Shown here piece by piece: positions 16,716 through 26,152 of a DNA stretch of 32,000 bases. The stretch covers positions 630,001-662,000 of the forward strand of contig OZ252279.1 in NCBI GenBank assembly GCA_965250005.1, read 5' to 3'. Each line of letters begins with the position of its first letter. Positions within the stretch are counted from its first letter, which is position 1. The stretch comes from Demequinaceae bacterium. Its GTDB lineage: Bacteria; Actinomycetota; Actinomycetes; Actinomycetales; Demequinaceae. A model generated the notes under the pieces. The model was not told the origin of the DNA. It searched no databases and was given only the letters and a program-made list of their open reading frames with translations. Position numbers and translations under genes: made by a program.

Positions 16716-18304
16716 GCAAGCTCGACCGCGCCGCAGGCGCTACCGCCACCTATGTGGACGACCGCACCTCAATCGGCGGCTTCGTCAAATACTTCTCGCG
16801 CAAACTGTTCCCCGACCACTGGTCCTTCATGCTCGGCGAGGTAGCGCTGTACTCGTTCATCGTGCTGCTGATTTCGGGAGTCTTCCTCACCGGATACTTC
16901 ATCCCGTCGCTCGCCGAAATCGAATACGACGGCTCGTACGTCACGATGCAGGGCGTGCACATGTCCGAGGCGTTCGCCTCGACGCTCGACCTATCGTTCG
17001 AGGTGCGCGGCGGGCTGCTCATGCGCCAGATCCACCACTGGTCGGCGCTGCTCTTCACCGCGGCGCTCATGGTGCACATGCTGCGCGTGTTCTTCACGGG
17101 CGCGTTCCGCAAGCCGCGCGAGATCAACTGGGTGGTGGGCTTCACCATCCTCATCCTGTCGCTCTTCGCGGGTTTCTCGGGCTATTCACTGCCCGACGAT
17201 GTGCTTTCCGGCAACGGACTGCGCATCCTCGACGGTGTGGTGCGGTCCATCCCCATCGGCGGCTCATACATCTCGTACTGGATGTTCGGCGGCGAGTTCC
17301 CTGGCACTGCCCTGATACCCCGGCTGTATACGCTCCACGTGCTGCTGATACCGGCGGCGATACTGGCGCTCATTGGGCTGCACCTATTGCTTGTGTTCTT
17401 ACACAAGCACACGCAGTATCCTGGTGGCGGCCGGACCAACAGGAACGTCGTGGGACTGCCGCTCTTCCCTGTTTACACGGCCAAAGCCGGTGGATTCTTC
17501 TTCGTGGTTTTCGGCTTCATCGCATTGCTTGCCGCGACGCTCACCGTGAACCCGGTCTGGAACTATGGGCCGTACGACCCCTCGCCCGTTGGCGCGGGGG
17601 CTCAACCTGACTGGTACATGCTCTTCCTCGAGGGAGCCCTGCGCATGACGCCTGCCTGGGAGTGGGTGATCGGGGGCTACACATTGTCGATGAATGTGCT
17701 CCTGCCCGGCGTGCTCCTGCCCGGACTCATCTTCACGGTCCAGGCGCTCTATCCGTTCATCGAATCCTGGGCGACCAAGGACCGTGGCGAGCGCCACGTG
17801 CTCGAACGTCCTCGCAACGCCCCGACGCGTACGGGATTCGGCGTCGCCATGATCGCCTTCTACGCGATCCTGGTGCTCGCGGGCTCCAACGACATCATCG
17901 CGGGCTACTTCAGCATGTCGATCAACACGCTGACCCGGTCGTTCCAGGTGCTCATTTTCGCCCTACCGATCCTGTCCTTCTGGGTGACCCGACGCATTTG
18001 CTTTGGGCTTCAGCGCAAGGACCGCGAGTTGGTGCTCCACGGTCACGAGACAGGCCGCATTGTCCGCCACGAAGACGGCGAGTACATCGAAGTTCACCAG
18101 CCGCTCGATGAAGAGGAGCGGTGGCTGCGCGTCCAGCACGACGTCAACCGTCCGCTAGAGATCGGCCCCAAGCATAATGAGCGCGGCGTCAAGCGCCCCG
18201 GCTACCGGTGGGACCGCTTCCGCCAGGTGCTGTCACGCTTCTTCTACGAGGACCGGATTGAGCCGGTCACGCCTTCGGAGCTCTCGGAGGCCGATCACCA
18301 CTGA
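16712..18304 (+). CDS. qcrB: cytochrome bc1 complex cytochrome b subunit
   Basis: Cytochrome b features FPDHWSFMLGEVALYSFIVLLISG, LLMRQIHHWSALLF, LPDDVLSGNGLRI. GTG start overlaps the qcrA stop (GTGA). Confidence 0.95.
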   Translation: MSKLDRAAGATATYVDDRTSIGGFVKYFSRKLFPDHWSFMLGEVALYSFIVLLISGVFLTGYFIPSLAEIEYDGSYVTMQGVHMSEAFASTLDLSFEVRGGLLMRQIHHWSALLFTAALMVHMLRVFFTGAFRKPREINWVVGFTILILSLFAGFSGYSLPDDVLSGNGLRILDGVVRSIPIGGSYISYWMFGGEFPGTALIPRLYTLHVLLIPAAILALIGLHLLLVFLHKHTQYPGGGRTNRNVVGLPLFPVYTAKAGGFFFVVFGFIALLAATLTVNPVWNYGPYDPSPVGAGAQPDWYMLFLEGALRMTPAWEWVIGGYTLSMNVLLPGVLLPGLIFTVQALYPFIESWATKDRGERHVLERPRNAPTRTGFGVAMIAFYAILVLAGSNDIIAGYFSMSINTLTRSFQVLIFALPILSFWVTRRICFGLQRKDRELVLHGHETGRIVRHEDGEYIEVHQPLDEEERWLRVQHDVNRPLEIGPKHNERGVKRPGYRWDRFRQVLSRFFYEDRIEPVTPSELSEADHH

Positions 18305-18315
18305 TTCGATCAGAG

Positions 18316-18377
18316 TGAAGTAAGGGGCGTTGCTCACGGCGGTCAGGCTTGATCCCCTCGCAACGCCCCTTACTTCA
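18316..18377. terminator. inverted repeat (18-bp stem, 26-nt loop) downstream of qcrB; candidate terminator or regulatory hairpin
   Basis: tgaagtaaggggcgttgc (18316-18333) is the exact reverse complement of gcaacgccccttacttca (18360-18377). Confidence 0.55.
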
Positions 18378-18546
18378 TTCCTATTGCGTGGGCGCCAACG
18401 TTTGGCTGGTCGCAAGTCCGTTCGCGCTGAGGCTCAAGAGTCGCGCCAGAGCACTCAGGAGTCGGCCTCAGATTCGCGTTCGTTCGGGATAGGCTCAGAT
18501 CAGATTTCACCCACCGCCCGCGTAGGGCACAAACCCCTGGAGCAGC

Positions 18547-19173
18547 ATGACTGACTATTCACTTCCAGATCTCGCGTACGACTACTCGGCGCTCGCGCCG
18601 CACATCGACGGCGCGATCATGGAGCTTCACCACTCTAAGCACCACGCCGCGTACGTGGCAGGCGCCAACCAGGCAATCGAGCAGATGGCTGAGGCTCGCG
18701 ACAAGGAATCCTTCGGCACCGTCCCGATGCTCGAGAAGAACCTGGCCTTCCACCTGGGCGGTCACATCAACCACTCGGTGTTCTGGACCAACATGTCCCC
18801 CGAAGGCGGCGACAAGCCCGCTGGGGAGCTCTCAGCCGCCATTGACGACCACTTTGGAAGCTTCGACGCATTCCGCGCGCACTTCACGGCCACGGCGATG
18901 AGCATTCAGGGGTCTGGGTGGGCGATTCTTGCTTGGGATTCCGTTGGTGCGCGCCCCGTGATCGTCCAGCTATACGACCAGCAGGGCAACATCCCCATCG
19001 GGCTCGTTCCACTGCTCCTTCTCGACATGTGGGAGCACGCCTTCTACCTTCAGTACCGCAACGTCAAGGGCGACTACGTCAACGCGTGGTGGAACACCGT
19101 GGATTGGTCGAACGTTCAGGCGCGATTCGCCAACGCGGTTTCGCAGGCCTCGGGTCTCATCAATCAGGCTTAG
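18547..19173 (+). CDS. sodA: superoxide dismutase (Fe/Mn family)
   Basis: [34 protein letters not shown] ... [15 protein letters not shown] ... [32 protein letters not shown] (DxWEHAFY metal-binding signature). Confidence 0.97.
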   Translation: MTDYSLPDLAYDYSALAPHIDGAIMELHHSKHHAAYVAGANQAIEQMAEARDKESFGTVPMLEKNLAFHLGGHINHSVFWTNMSPEGGDKPAGELSAAIDDHFGSFDAFRAHFTATAMSIQGSGWAILAWDSVGARPVIVQLYDQQGNIPIGLVPLLLLDMWEHAFYLQYRNVKGDYVNAWWNTVDWSNVQARFANAVSQASGLINQA

Positions 19174-19200
19174 GTTCAACGCTCGCGCGTATGCGACGCG

Positions 19201-19248
19201 GAAACAGCGAGGCCCGGCCCCCAACTTGGGGCCGGGCCTCGCTGTTTC
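19201..19248. terminator. strong hairpin terminator between converging genes
   Basis: Perfect 21-bp stem gaaacagcgaggcccggcccc / ggggccgggcctcgctgtttc with a 6-nt loop caactt, between sodA (+) and the converging 19267-20034 gene (-). Confidence 0.9.
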
Positions 19249-19266
19249 TCTGGAAGGAGTCTGAGA

Positions 19267-20034
19267 CTATGCAATCGGTGATGGCGACGGCTCTACGTCG
19301 TCGTCACCGTCGTGGTCGTGGTCGTCATCGTCGCTACCCTCGGCCTCGTCCTCCGCGCCTAGCGCCGCAATCTCGTCGATGTACGCAAGCGCTGCCTCGA
19401 TATCAAAGTCCTCGGGGAAGAGCGATGCAAAGTCAAAGTCCTCGTCGAGGTTGACTCCGATCAACGCCATTATTCGTGCAAGCGCGTGTGCCTTGGCGTC
19501 GTCGGGAAGCATCTCGGCTTTGGCAGCGAACTTAATCGCAACCTTGATATGGGCCGCTCGACTCATCTCGGCACCCCAACTTCCGCCTGACTCCTTGATC
19601 GCTACCTTCAACTCGGCGCGGGCTGCACGCTCGGCTTCCTTGGCGCATTTCTTGGCCTGAGCAGCTTCCTTGCCTCCGCCGTTGTTGGCCTTGTCTTCCT
19701 TGTTGGCTTGGCCCTTGTTCGACTTGTCGGCAGACTTGTCCTTGCCGTTGCCGTTGTTCGATTTCTCGGCGGACTTGCCGTTGCCGTTGTCCGGCTTGTC
19801 AGAGACGACTGCGAGGGTCTCATCATCTGCGGCTGCTTCCGTCTCCGTTGGCTCGGGACTGGGCTCGGGGCTACCGCCCTCGACTTCAACGCAGGTTTCT
19901 GTCGTCTTGGTCGACTCCGTCGACTCGTCTTCGCCTTCCTCGTCATCAGCGAAGGCAGCCTGGCCGGAGAGCAGGAGCATCGAAGCTCCCGCAACGGCTC
20001 CCACTAGGCGGGTGACATGTGTTCTAAACACCAT
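19267..20034 (-). CDS. putative secreted protein with Asn/Gly/Lys-rich linker and Asp/His-rich acidic C-terminus
   Basis: Signal-peptide-like start MVFRTHVTRLVGAVAGASMLLLSGQAAFA; low-complexity segment NGNGKSAEKSNNGNGKDKSADKSNKG; C-terminus GSDDDDHDHDGDDDVEPSPSPIA. Start internal to the listed ORF. Confidence 0.8.
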   Translation of the reverse strand: MVFRTHVTRLVGAVAGASMLLLSGQAAFADDEEGEDESTESTKTTETCVEVEGGSPEPSPEPTETEAAADDETLAVVSDKPDNGNGKSAEKSNNGNGKDKSADKSNKGQANKEDKANNGGGKEAAQAKKCAKEAERAARAELKVAIKESGGSWGAEMSRAAHIKVAIKFAAKAEMLPDDAKAHALARIMALIGVNLDEDFDFASLFPEDFDIEAALAYIDEIAALGAEDEAEGSDDDDHDHDGDDDVEPSPSPIA

Positions 20035-20235
20035 CAACTTCCTCTTCGGGTTGTCGGTCGTTGTGGACGCTCGTGCCAGCGCATTGTTTCTGTGATGCGG
20101 TTGCTGTGTCCAACGATACTCGTGCGTCGCGTCCAATACACGTAACGAACGTGTGGGATCAGTCACCGGTTCCGGTTGCTTGAGTCGGCCAACGTCAGCC
20201 GCGAGCGACGCACCGAATACAGGCACGCCGTGCCG

Positions 20236-20637
20236 CTAGTGGCGGTGCTGACCCCTGGAGAACTCGAAGACCCAGCCCGTGAGCCCGATGATCGCCAGCA
20301 GCACCGCGGGAACCATGATCCACCAACCGACAGCTAGCGCGAGGAACCCGGTGGCTGTGGCGCCAGCGAGAACCAGCGGCCACCAGCTCCAGGGAGCGTA
20401 GACGCCCTGCTCGCCCGAGAGCTCTGCAATCTCACCGTCGTCGCGATCTTCCGGGCGGCTGCCGTGGCGCTTGGCGAGCATCCGGAAGTAGACGCCAATC
20501 ATGAAGGCAAGGCCCGCGACCAGCAGCAGAGCCGGGAAGCCGACCCACTCATTGAAATCGGTGAGCCACCCGTAGACGAACGCCATTCCCACGAAGAAGT
20601 AGCCCGGCAAGTTGAAGAACGTAGATTCGTTGCGCAT
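20236..20637 (-). CDS. ctaF: cytochrome c oxidase subunit 4 (actinobacterial type)
   Basis: 133-aa four-helix membrane protein MRNESTFFNLPGYFFVGMAFVYGWLTD...PWSWWPLVLAGATATGFLALAVGWWI directly downstream of ctaD. Confidence 0.9.
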   Translation of the reverse strand: MRNESTFFNLPGYFFVGMAFVYGWLTDFNEWVGFPALLLVAGLAFMIGVYFRMLAKRHGSRPEDRDDGEIAELSGEQGVYAPWSWWPLVLAGATATGFLALAVGWWIMVPAVLLAIIGLTGWVFEFSRGQHRH

Positions 20638-20647
20638 GTCTGGCCTC

Positions 20648-22306
20648 CTAGTGGTCGTTGGCGTGGTCGATCTTGGCGGCCTCGGGGTGGTGAAGGTCGA
20701 ACGCGGGGCGCTCGGACCGGATGCGAGGGATCGACGAGAAGTTGTGGCGAGGCGGCGGGCAGGACGTCGCCCACTCGAGTGAGTTGCCGTGGCCCCACGG
20801 GTCGTCCACTCCCACCATGGGAGCCTTCCGTGACGTGCGGTAGATGTTCCACAGGAACGGCAGCGTGGAGATTGCCAGCAGCACCGAACCGATGGTAGAC
20901 ACCTGATTCATCCCCGTGAAGCCATCTTCGGGGAGGTAGTCGACGTAACGTCTTGCCATGCCTTCTGCCCCAAGCCAGTGCTGGATGAGGAACGTGGCGT
21001 GGAAGCCAAAGAACAGCAGCCAGAAGTGGAGCTTGCCCCAACCCTCGTGAAGGCGCTTGCCCGTCATCTTGGGCCACCAGAAGTAGAAGCCAGCGAACAT
21101 CGCGAAGACGACGGTGCCGAACACCACGTAGTGGAAGTGAGCGACCACGAAGTACGAGTCTGAGATCGGAATGTCGAGCGGAGGCGACGACAAGATGACG
21201 CCGGTCAGTCCGCCGAATAGGAAGGTGACGATAAATCCGAGCGCCCACAGCATGGGCGTCTCAAACGTGAGTTTGCCTCGCCACATGGTGCCTATCCAGT
21301 TAAAAAACTTCACACCGGTTGGCACGGCGATCAACATGGTCATGAACGCGAAGAACGGCAGCAGCACCGCACCAGTGACATACATGTGGTGTGCCCACAC
21401 GGTCACCGAGAGCGCGGCGATGGCGACGGTCGCGTAGATGAGGCCGTGATAGCCGAACAGCGGCTTTCGACTGAATACGGGGAAGATCTCGGAGACGATG
21501 CCAAAGAACGGCAGCGCGAGGATGTATACCTCCGGGTGCCCGAAGAACCAGAACAGGTGTTGCCAGAGCACAGCTCCGCCATACTCCGGATTGAATATCT
21601 GAGATCCGAGTTGTCGGTCGGACCCTAGGGCCAGGAGCGCAGCCGCGAGCGGGGGGAACGCCATGAGCACAAGCATCGAGGTCACCAGGATGTTCCAGGT
21701 GAAGATCGGCATACGGAACATGGTCATACCCGGCGCGCGCATGGTGACGATGGTTGTGATGAAGTTGACGGCACCGAGGATCGTTCCGAATCCACCCATC
21801 GCAAGGCCGAACACCCAAAGGTCGGCGCCCAGGCCGGGCGAGTACACCGCGTTAGAAAGCGGTGTGTAGGCGAACCACCCGAACGATGCGGCGCCCTGCG
21901 GGGTGAAGAAGCCTGCGGCGGCGATGAGCCCACCGAACAGGTACAGCCAATACGCGAACATGTTGAGTCGTGGGAAGGCGACGTCGGGCGCACCGATCTG
22001 CAGCGGCATGATGACGTTCGCGAAGCCCGCGAACAGCGGGGTCGCGAACAGCAGCAACATGATGGTGCCGTGCATGGTGAAAAGTTGGTTGTACTGCTCG
22101 GCCGACTGCACCACCTGCACGCCGGGCTCGAAGAGTTCTGCGCGGATGACAAGCGCCATCAGGCCCGCAACGATGAAGAAGAAGAACGACGTCATCATGT
22201 ACATGTAGCCGATGGTCTTGTGGTCCGTAGAGGTGATCCACTTCACCACGATGTTCCCACCGGTCGCCGTCTGCTTGCGCCCCGTGGTGGCGGTCCCGTA
22301 TGCCAT
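20648..22306 (-). CDS. ctaD: cytochrome c oxidase subunit I
   Basis: [70 protein letters not shown]. Start at MAYGTATTG (22306), overlapping the ctaC stop (TAATG). Confidence 0.97.
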   Translation of the reverse strand: MAYGTATTGRKQTATGGNIVVKWITSTDHKTIGYMYMMTSFFFFIVAGLMALVIRAELFEPGVQVVQSAEQYNQLFTMHGTIMLLLFATPLFAGFANVIMPLQIGAPDVAFPRLNMFAYWLYLFGGLIAAAGFFTPQGAASFGWFAYTPLSNAVYSPGLGADLWVFGLAMGGFGTILGAVNFITTIVTMRAPGMTMFRMPIFTWNILVTSMLVLMAFPPLAAALLALGSDRQLGSQIFNPEYGGAVLWQHLFWFFGHPEVYILALPFFGIVSEIFPVFSRKPLFGYHGLIYATVAIAALSVTVWAHHMYVTGAVLLPFFAFMTMLIAVPTGVKFFNWIGTMWRGKLTFETPMLWALGFIVTFLFGGLTGVILSSPPLDIPISDSYFVVAHFHYVVFGTVVFAMFAGFYFWWPKMTGKRLHEGWGKLHFWLLFFGFHATFLIQHWLGAEGMARRYVDYLPEDGFTGMNQVSTIGSVLLAISTLPFLWNIYRTSRKAPMVGVDDPWGHGNSLEWATSCPPPRHNFSSIPRIRSERPAFDLHHPEAAKIDHANDH

Positions 22307-23157
22307 TACTCTCCGTCCTGAACGTCTGAGCGACGGTTGTAGTCGAGGCCAAGGAGGCCGTCGTTGCCGATCTCGTGCAACCAATCGATGTACTCGTTGT
22401 ACTCCGGGCGCTCGACCACCTTGACGGTGAAGAGCATCGAGGCATGGAACTCACCGCAGAGCTCTGCGCACTTGCCCGTGTACGTGCCCACCTTGGTGGG
22501 CACCACCTGGAAGACGTTCGTCTTTCCCGGGATCGCGTCGATCTTGTATAGGAACGCAGGAATCCAGAAGGAGTGGATCACGTCGCGCGAATCGACGGTG
22601 ATCTCGATGACCTCGTCAACGGGAAGGTAGAGGATCGGCAGGGTCTCCGGCACGCCCTCTTCGCCTGTCAGGTGCGCCTGCACCCCCGCGAAGTACACGT
22701 CTTCGTCCGTGTAGTTGAAGTCCCAGCTCCACTGCTTGCCGACCACCTGGACATTCACGTCCGGCGTGGCGGAGGTGTCCTGAAGAGCCCACACATCCTG
22801 CACAGTCCACTTAAACAGCACCACGATCATAATCAGCGGCACGATGGTGTACATCAGTTCGAGCGGCACGTGCGCGCGCGTCTGAACCGGGAGCTTATTG
22901 TCGTTCTTGCGCTTCCGATGAACCGTGATGGTCCACAGGATCAGTCCCCACGTGATCGCCCCGACAACGAGGGCGGCAATCCAGCTGCCGTTCCACAGGT
23001 CGATGATGCGGCCGGTTTGATTGGTGATCTCGGGGTTGGAGGGCAGGGCGCCGTTCTCAATGCCTTGGCTACAGCCGGCAAGTACGGTTCCCGCGCTCAG
23101 GAGCGTGGCCGTCAGCGCGACCCGCTTACCCCTACGCAGAGTAGTTAGTTTGGACAC
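22306..23157 (-). CDS. ctaC: cytochrome c oxidase subunit II (lipoprotein)
   Basis: Lipobox-like TVLAGCSQG, two TM helices, [16 protein letters not shown], CuA motif [12 protein letters not shown]. Confidence 0.95.
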   Translation of the reverse strand: MSKLTTLRRGKRVALTATLLSAGTVLAGCSQGIENGALPSNPEITNQTGRIIDLWNGSWIAALVVGAITWGLILWTITVHRKRKNDNKLPVQTRAHVPLELMYTIVPLIMIVVLFKWTVQDVWALQDTSATPDVNVQVVGKQWSWDFNYTDEDVYFAGVQAHLTGEEGVPETLPILYLPVDEVIEITVDSRDVIHSFWIPAFLYKIDAIPGKTNVFQVVPTKVGTYTGKCAELCGEFHASMLFTVKVVERPEYNEYIDWLHEIGNDGLLGLDYNRRSDVQDGE

Positions 23158-23189
23158 CCCGGAAGTCTAGCGCGCGTTAGTGTTTTCGT

Positions 23190-24308
23190 ATGGCCGATTT
23201 TGGCGGGTCCCGTGTCTATCTTGACGCGGCAGGAAACGCCCCGATGTCGGTGCGAACCCTCGAAGCCCTAAATGCAGCCATTCATGACGGCTGGGCGGAC
23301 CCGGCGCGGCTCCACGCAGAGGGCAGGCAGGCGCGTGCGCTGCTCGACGGGGCGCGCGAATCGATCGCCGGAGTGCTGGGCACCAGCGCTGAACTCACTC
23401 ACTTCACACACTCCCCGTACACCGCCTTCGAGAAGTCGATTGCCGGAATCGCACTCGCCCGACGCCGGCACACTATGGCCGTGGTGAGTGCCGTGGAGCG
23501 TGTTGCCGTACTCGAGACGGCAAACACGCTATTCGCCGACGGCGTCGAGACCATCGAGGTCGACGCGTCCGGGATGATCGACAAGGAAGCATTCGAACGG
23601 GCGGTTAGCGCCGACGGCGTTGCGCTGGCCGCGCTACAGCACGCGAACCGCGAAACCGGAACGGTGCAGGCACTCCAAGACGCTTTCGCCGCCGCGCAGG
23701 TCGCCAAGGTTCCGCTCGTGGTTGATGCCACTGCGAGCGTCGGGCACATTGACCCCCCTGACGTGTGGGACGCCCTCATCGCACACCCCGCCGATTGGGG
23801 CGGACCCAGTGGGCTGGGCTTGGTAGCGGTGCGTGGTTCGACGCGCTGGCTACCCGACTCAACCGTGAAGAACCCCTGGGCGCCCGGCGGAGTTTCTGTC
23901 CCGGCCGCGCTTGCGGCAGCGGTCGCACTCACCGAACGCGAGGAGCGGCGCGCGTCAGATTCAAGCCGGCTCGCGCGGTTTGTCGCGCGTATCCGCGCGG
24001 ACCTCGATGACGCCGCCGACATCGCCGTGGTTGCCGTTCCTGACGGCTCACTGCCTCACGTCCTCACGTTCACGTGCGTGGGCGTCGACAGCGAGGCGCT
24101 ACAGGCCGAGCTCGATAGGCGCGGGTACTCGGTCGGATCGGGTTCGGCGTGCACGTCAGGCGACTATGGTCACTCCCACGTGCTCGAAGCCATGGGTGTG
24201 CCCACCGCAGGCAACGTGCGTCTCGGGCTTCACCCAGCGGTCATGGAGGACCAGATCGGAGCGTTCGCCGTTGCCGTTGCCGATGCCGTCGCCAGCCTTC
24301 GCCCCTAG
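23190..24308 (+). CDS. class V aminotransferase / cysteine desulfurase family protein
   Basis: VYLDAAGNAPMSVRTLEAL ... LVVDATASVGHIDP ... WGGPSGLGLVAVR ... SVGSGSACTSGDYGHSHVLEAMG (SGSAC, NifS/IscS-like). Confidence 0.88.
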   Translation: MADFGGSRVYLDAAGNAPMSVRTLEALNAAIHDGWADPARLHAEGRQARALLDGARESIAGVLGTSAELTHFTHSPYTAFEKSIAGIALARRRHTMAVVSAVERVAVLETANTLFADGVETIEVDASGMIDKEAFERAVSADGVALAALQHANRETGTVQALQDAFAAAQVAKVPLVVDATASVGHIDPPDVWDALIAHPADWGGPSGLGLVAVRGSTRWLPDSTVKNPWAPGGVSVPAALAAAVALTEREERRASDSSRLARFVARIRADLDDAADIAVVAVPDGSLPHVLTFTCVGVDSEALQAELDRRGYSVGSGSACTSGDYGHSHVLEAMGVPTAGNVRLGLHPAVMEDQIGAFAVAVADAVASLRP

Positions 24309-24327
24309 CTCCCCGACAAAGCGAAAA

Positions 24328-24358
24328 CGGACCGCACCTCGCAAGAGGTCGCGGCCCG
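24328..24358. terminator. imperfect stem-loop between converging genes; candidate bidirectional terminator
   Basis: cggaccgcacctc-gcaa-gaggtcgcggcccg: 13-14 bp stem with one G.U pair and one bulge, GCAA tetraloop. Confidence 0.5.
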
Positions 24359-24375
24359 CATCGGCAATGCTGAGT

Positions 24376-24729
24376 TTAGCTGAACGAGTCTCCGCAGGCG
24401 CAAGAATTGCTTGCGTTGGGGTTGTCGATGGTGAAGCCCTGCTTTTCGATGGTGTCGGCAAAGTCGATCTTTGCGCCGTCGACGTAGGGAACGGACATCT
24501 TGTCCACCACCACGCCAACTCCTTCGAAGTCGCGAACGGCGTCGCCATCAAGCGTGCGCTCGTCAAAGTAGAGTTGGTAGATCAGGCCCGAGCAACCACC
24601 CGGCTGAACGGATAGGCGCAGGCGCAAGTCGTCCCGGCCTTCCTGCTCAAGCAGGCTCTTGACTTTGGCAGCAGCGCCATCGGTAATAGTTACGCCGTGC
24701 GCTTCTGTCTGTGTTGCGGTGTCCGTCAT
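24376..24729 (-). CDS. erpA: iron-sulfur cluster insertion protein (A-type, HesB/IscA/ErpA family)
   Basis: GVTITDGAAAKVKSLL ... LRLSVQPGGCSGLIYQLYFD ... CGDSF C-terminus with the conserved three-Cys arrangement (GGCSG ... SCACGDSF). Confidence 0.92.
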   Translation of the reverse strand: MTDTATQTEAHGVTITDGAAAKVKSLLEQEGRDDLRLRLSVQPGGCSGLIYQLYFDERTLDGDAVRDFEGVGVVVDKMSVPYVDGAKIDFADTIEKQGFTIDNPNASNSCACGDSFS

Positions 24730-24776
24730 TGCGGCTCCTCTCGGTACTTCCTAGGTATAAGCGTACGCCTGGTCAG

Positions 24777-25076
24777 CTATATTCCGTGACTCCCCCGCCT
24801 ACGCCGCCTGCGCGCCGCAAACGACAAGTACACGAAGGCGATTATTGCAACGCCGATGGGTCCCGCGGCGAACCACCGGAAGCCCCCCTCGAACGCTTCC
24901 TGATCCGCTGGATCAATCACCTCGACGCCGAACCAATCCATTACCGCGCCCGGATTCTTGAACACGTATGCGCCGAAGGCCGTCAGCGCGAGCGGCACAC
25001 CGACGGAGGCCGCGGCCCAGCCGCGCGCCGTGACGCGGGGCAGCGCAAATGGCGAGCCGGAGCCGCCCGCAGTCAC
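24777..25076 (-). CDS. small membrane protein of unknown function
   Basis: 99 aa from the GTG at 25076 (VTAGGSGSPFALPRVTARGWAAASVGVPLALTAFGAYVFK...FRWFAAGPIGVAIIAFVYLSFAARRRRRR): two hydrophobic helices. Start overlaps the upstream stop (GTGA). Confidence 0.65.
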   Translation of the reverse strand: MTAGGSGSPFALPRVTARGWAAASVGVPLALTAFGAYVFKNPGAVMDWFGVEVIDPADQEAFEGGFRWFAAGPIGVAIIAFVYLSFAARRRRRRGSHGI

Positions 25077-26113
25077 TCGTCGCCCTCGTCTCTCGTCGCT
25101 GTAGGATCCGGCGGCGTCCGATCCGGCGGCGTCCACGTCTGAGCAACGGTGCGAATCTTCGCCGCGAGGGATTCCCTCCCCGCCCCAGCCGCGAACGCTG
25201 CGGACACCCCCGCTACCATCAGGTCTCGCTTGCCCACGTGCACCACAGGCGCGATGACCACACACGGGATTCCTCGGTTGGCGGCCTCGGCTGCCGCAGG
25301 GGCAACCGTGCCATTGTCGAGACCGCTCGGCGTCATGTCGGAGGCGATAGCGACGACGAGCTCCGCGCCTTCTGCGGCGGCGTGGAAGCCCGCAAGGTCG
25401 GACGCGAAGAACGCTCCTTGCGTCAGGCTCGCTCCGGCGGCGGCCAGGCAGTAGGCAAGTCCGCCCGCAGCTCCGGTACCCGGAGCGGCAGACAGACGGG
25501 ATGGCCCGAGCAGTACCTGTGTGGCAGCGGTCTCGTCCGCGTCGTGTGCGATCGCGAACCAGCGGTCCTCTTGGGACTGTGCGGCTGTCATGACCGCTTG
25601 GTCGCTCTCGCGCCCGGCCACCGTCGCTGCGGCCATGCCTTTGAAACCCAAGAGGGGACGCTGACTTCCCGTCAGGGCAATTAAACTCAGCGAGGCGAGC
25701 ACCGTGCGCGTCGCGGCGAGCCCGCCACCCCAGAGGTCCGTGGCATCGCCAGCGGGCGCATCGTCCCCAACGGGCACGATCACGGGCACCCGCACGCCCT
25801 CGCGCGCCGCATCCGCGGCGATTCCCAGCAGAGCGGTTGCGAGCGCCCGCGGGTTCCAGCGATTCTCAACGCCCTGGGGACTGAGCACTAGGCCAGACTT
25901 CGTGTAGACAGCCTGGGCGCCGCCCACGACGCTTCGCGCACCGCCAAGCACGTCGGCAAGCCGCGGCCCTCCCGGATCAACCGCCACTGCCGTGACGTCG
26001 ACGTGCGGCGCAGCGACACTCCACGCGTGGTGGGCAGTTCCGGCAACCTGCATCGCGCGCGCCACCTCACCGTCACCCTCCGGCCACGCCTCGGTAGTGA
26101 TCACAATGCGCAT
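25073..26113 (-). CDS. glycerate kinase family protein (Rv2205c-like)
   Basis: LLGPSRLSAAPGTGAAGGLAYCLAAAGASLTQGAFF and the PSGLDNGTVAPAAAEAANRGIPCVVIA C-terminal region typical of glycerate kinases. Confidence 0.78.
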   Translation of the reverse strand: MRIVITTEAWPEGDGEVARAMQVAGTAHHAWSVAAPHVDVTAVAVDPGGPRLADVLGGARSVVGGAQAVYTKSGLVLSPQGVENRWNPRALATALLGIAADAAREGVRVPVIVPVGDDAPAGDATDLWGGGLAATRTVLASLSLIALTGSQRPLLGFKGMAAATVAGRESDQAVMTAAQSQEDRWFAIAHDADETAATQVLLGPSRLSAAPGTGAAGGLAYCLAAAGASLTQGAFFASDLAGFHAAAEGAELVVAIASDMTPSGLDNGTVAPAAAEAANRGIPCVVIAPVVHVGKRDLMVAGVSAAFAAGAGRESLAAKIRTVAQTWTPPDRTPPDPTATRDEGDE

Positions 26114-26152
26114 GGCCGACAGTCTGCCTTAGGCACGTGCCAGAATGAAGGG

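Noticed and set aside
18378-18546. Intergenic region upstream of sodA considered as a possible tRNA or structured RNA
   Set aside because: No cloverleaf, TpsiC arm-like motif or CCA end could be found by eye; more likely the sodA promoter and leader.
19269-19454. Arg/His-rich ORF MQSVMATALRRRHRRGRGRHRR... preceded by ggaaggag
   Set aside because: Superficially resembles a small basic protein with an RBS. However, its composition is just the complement of the Asp/His codons of the minus-strand secreted protein, and it starts on that gene's stop codon.
19608-20095. Ser/Leu-rich and Arg-rich overlapping ORFs in several frames
   Set aside because: Alternate frames of the low-complexity linker of the 19267-20034 gene; no independent coding evidence.
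21295-21315. Short AT-rich run (ccagttaaaaaacttcac) in a GC-rich setting, considered as an insertion scar or promoter
   Set aside because: It encodes the in-frame [11 protein letters not shown] segment of cytochrome oxidase subunit I, so protein constraint explains it.
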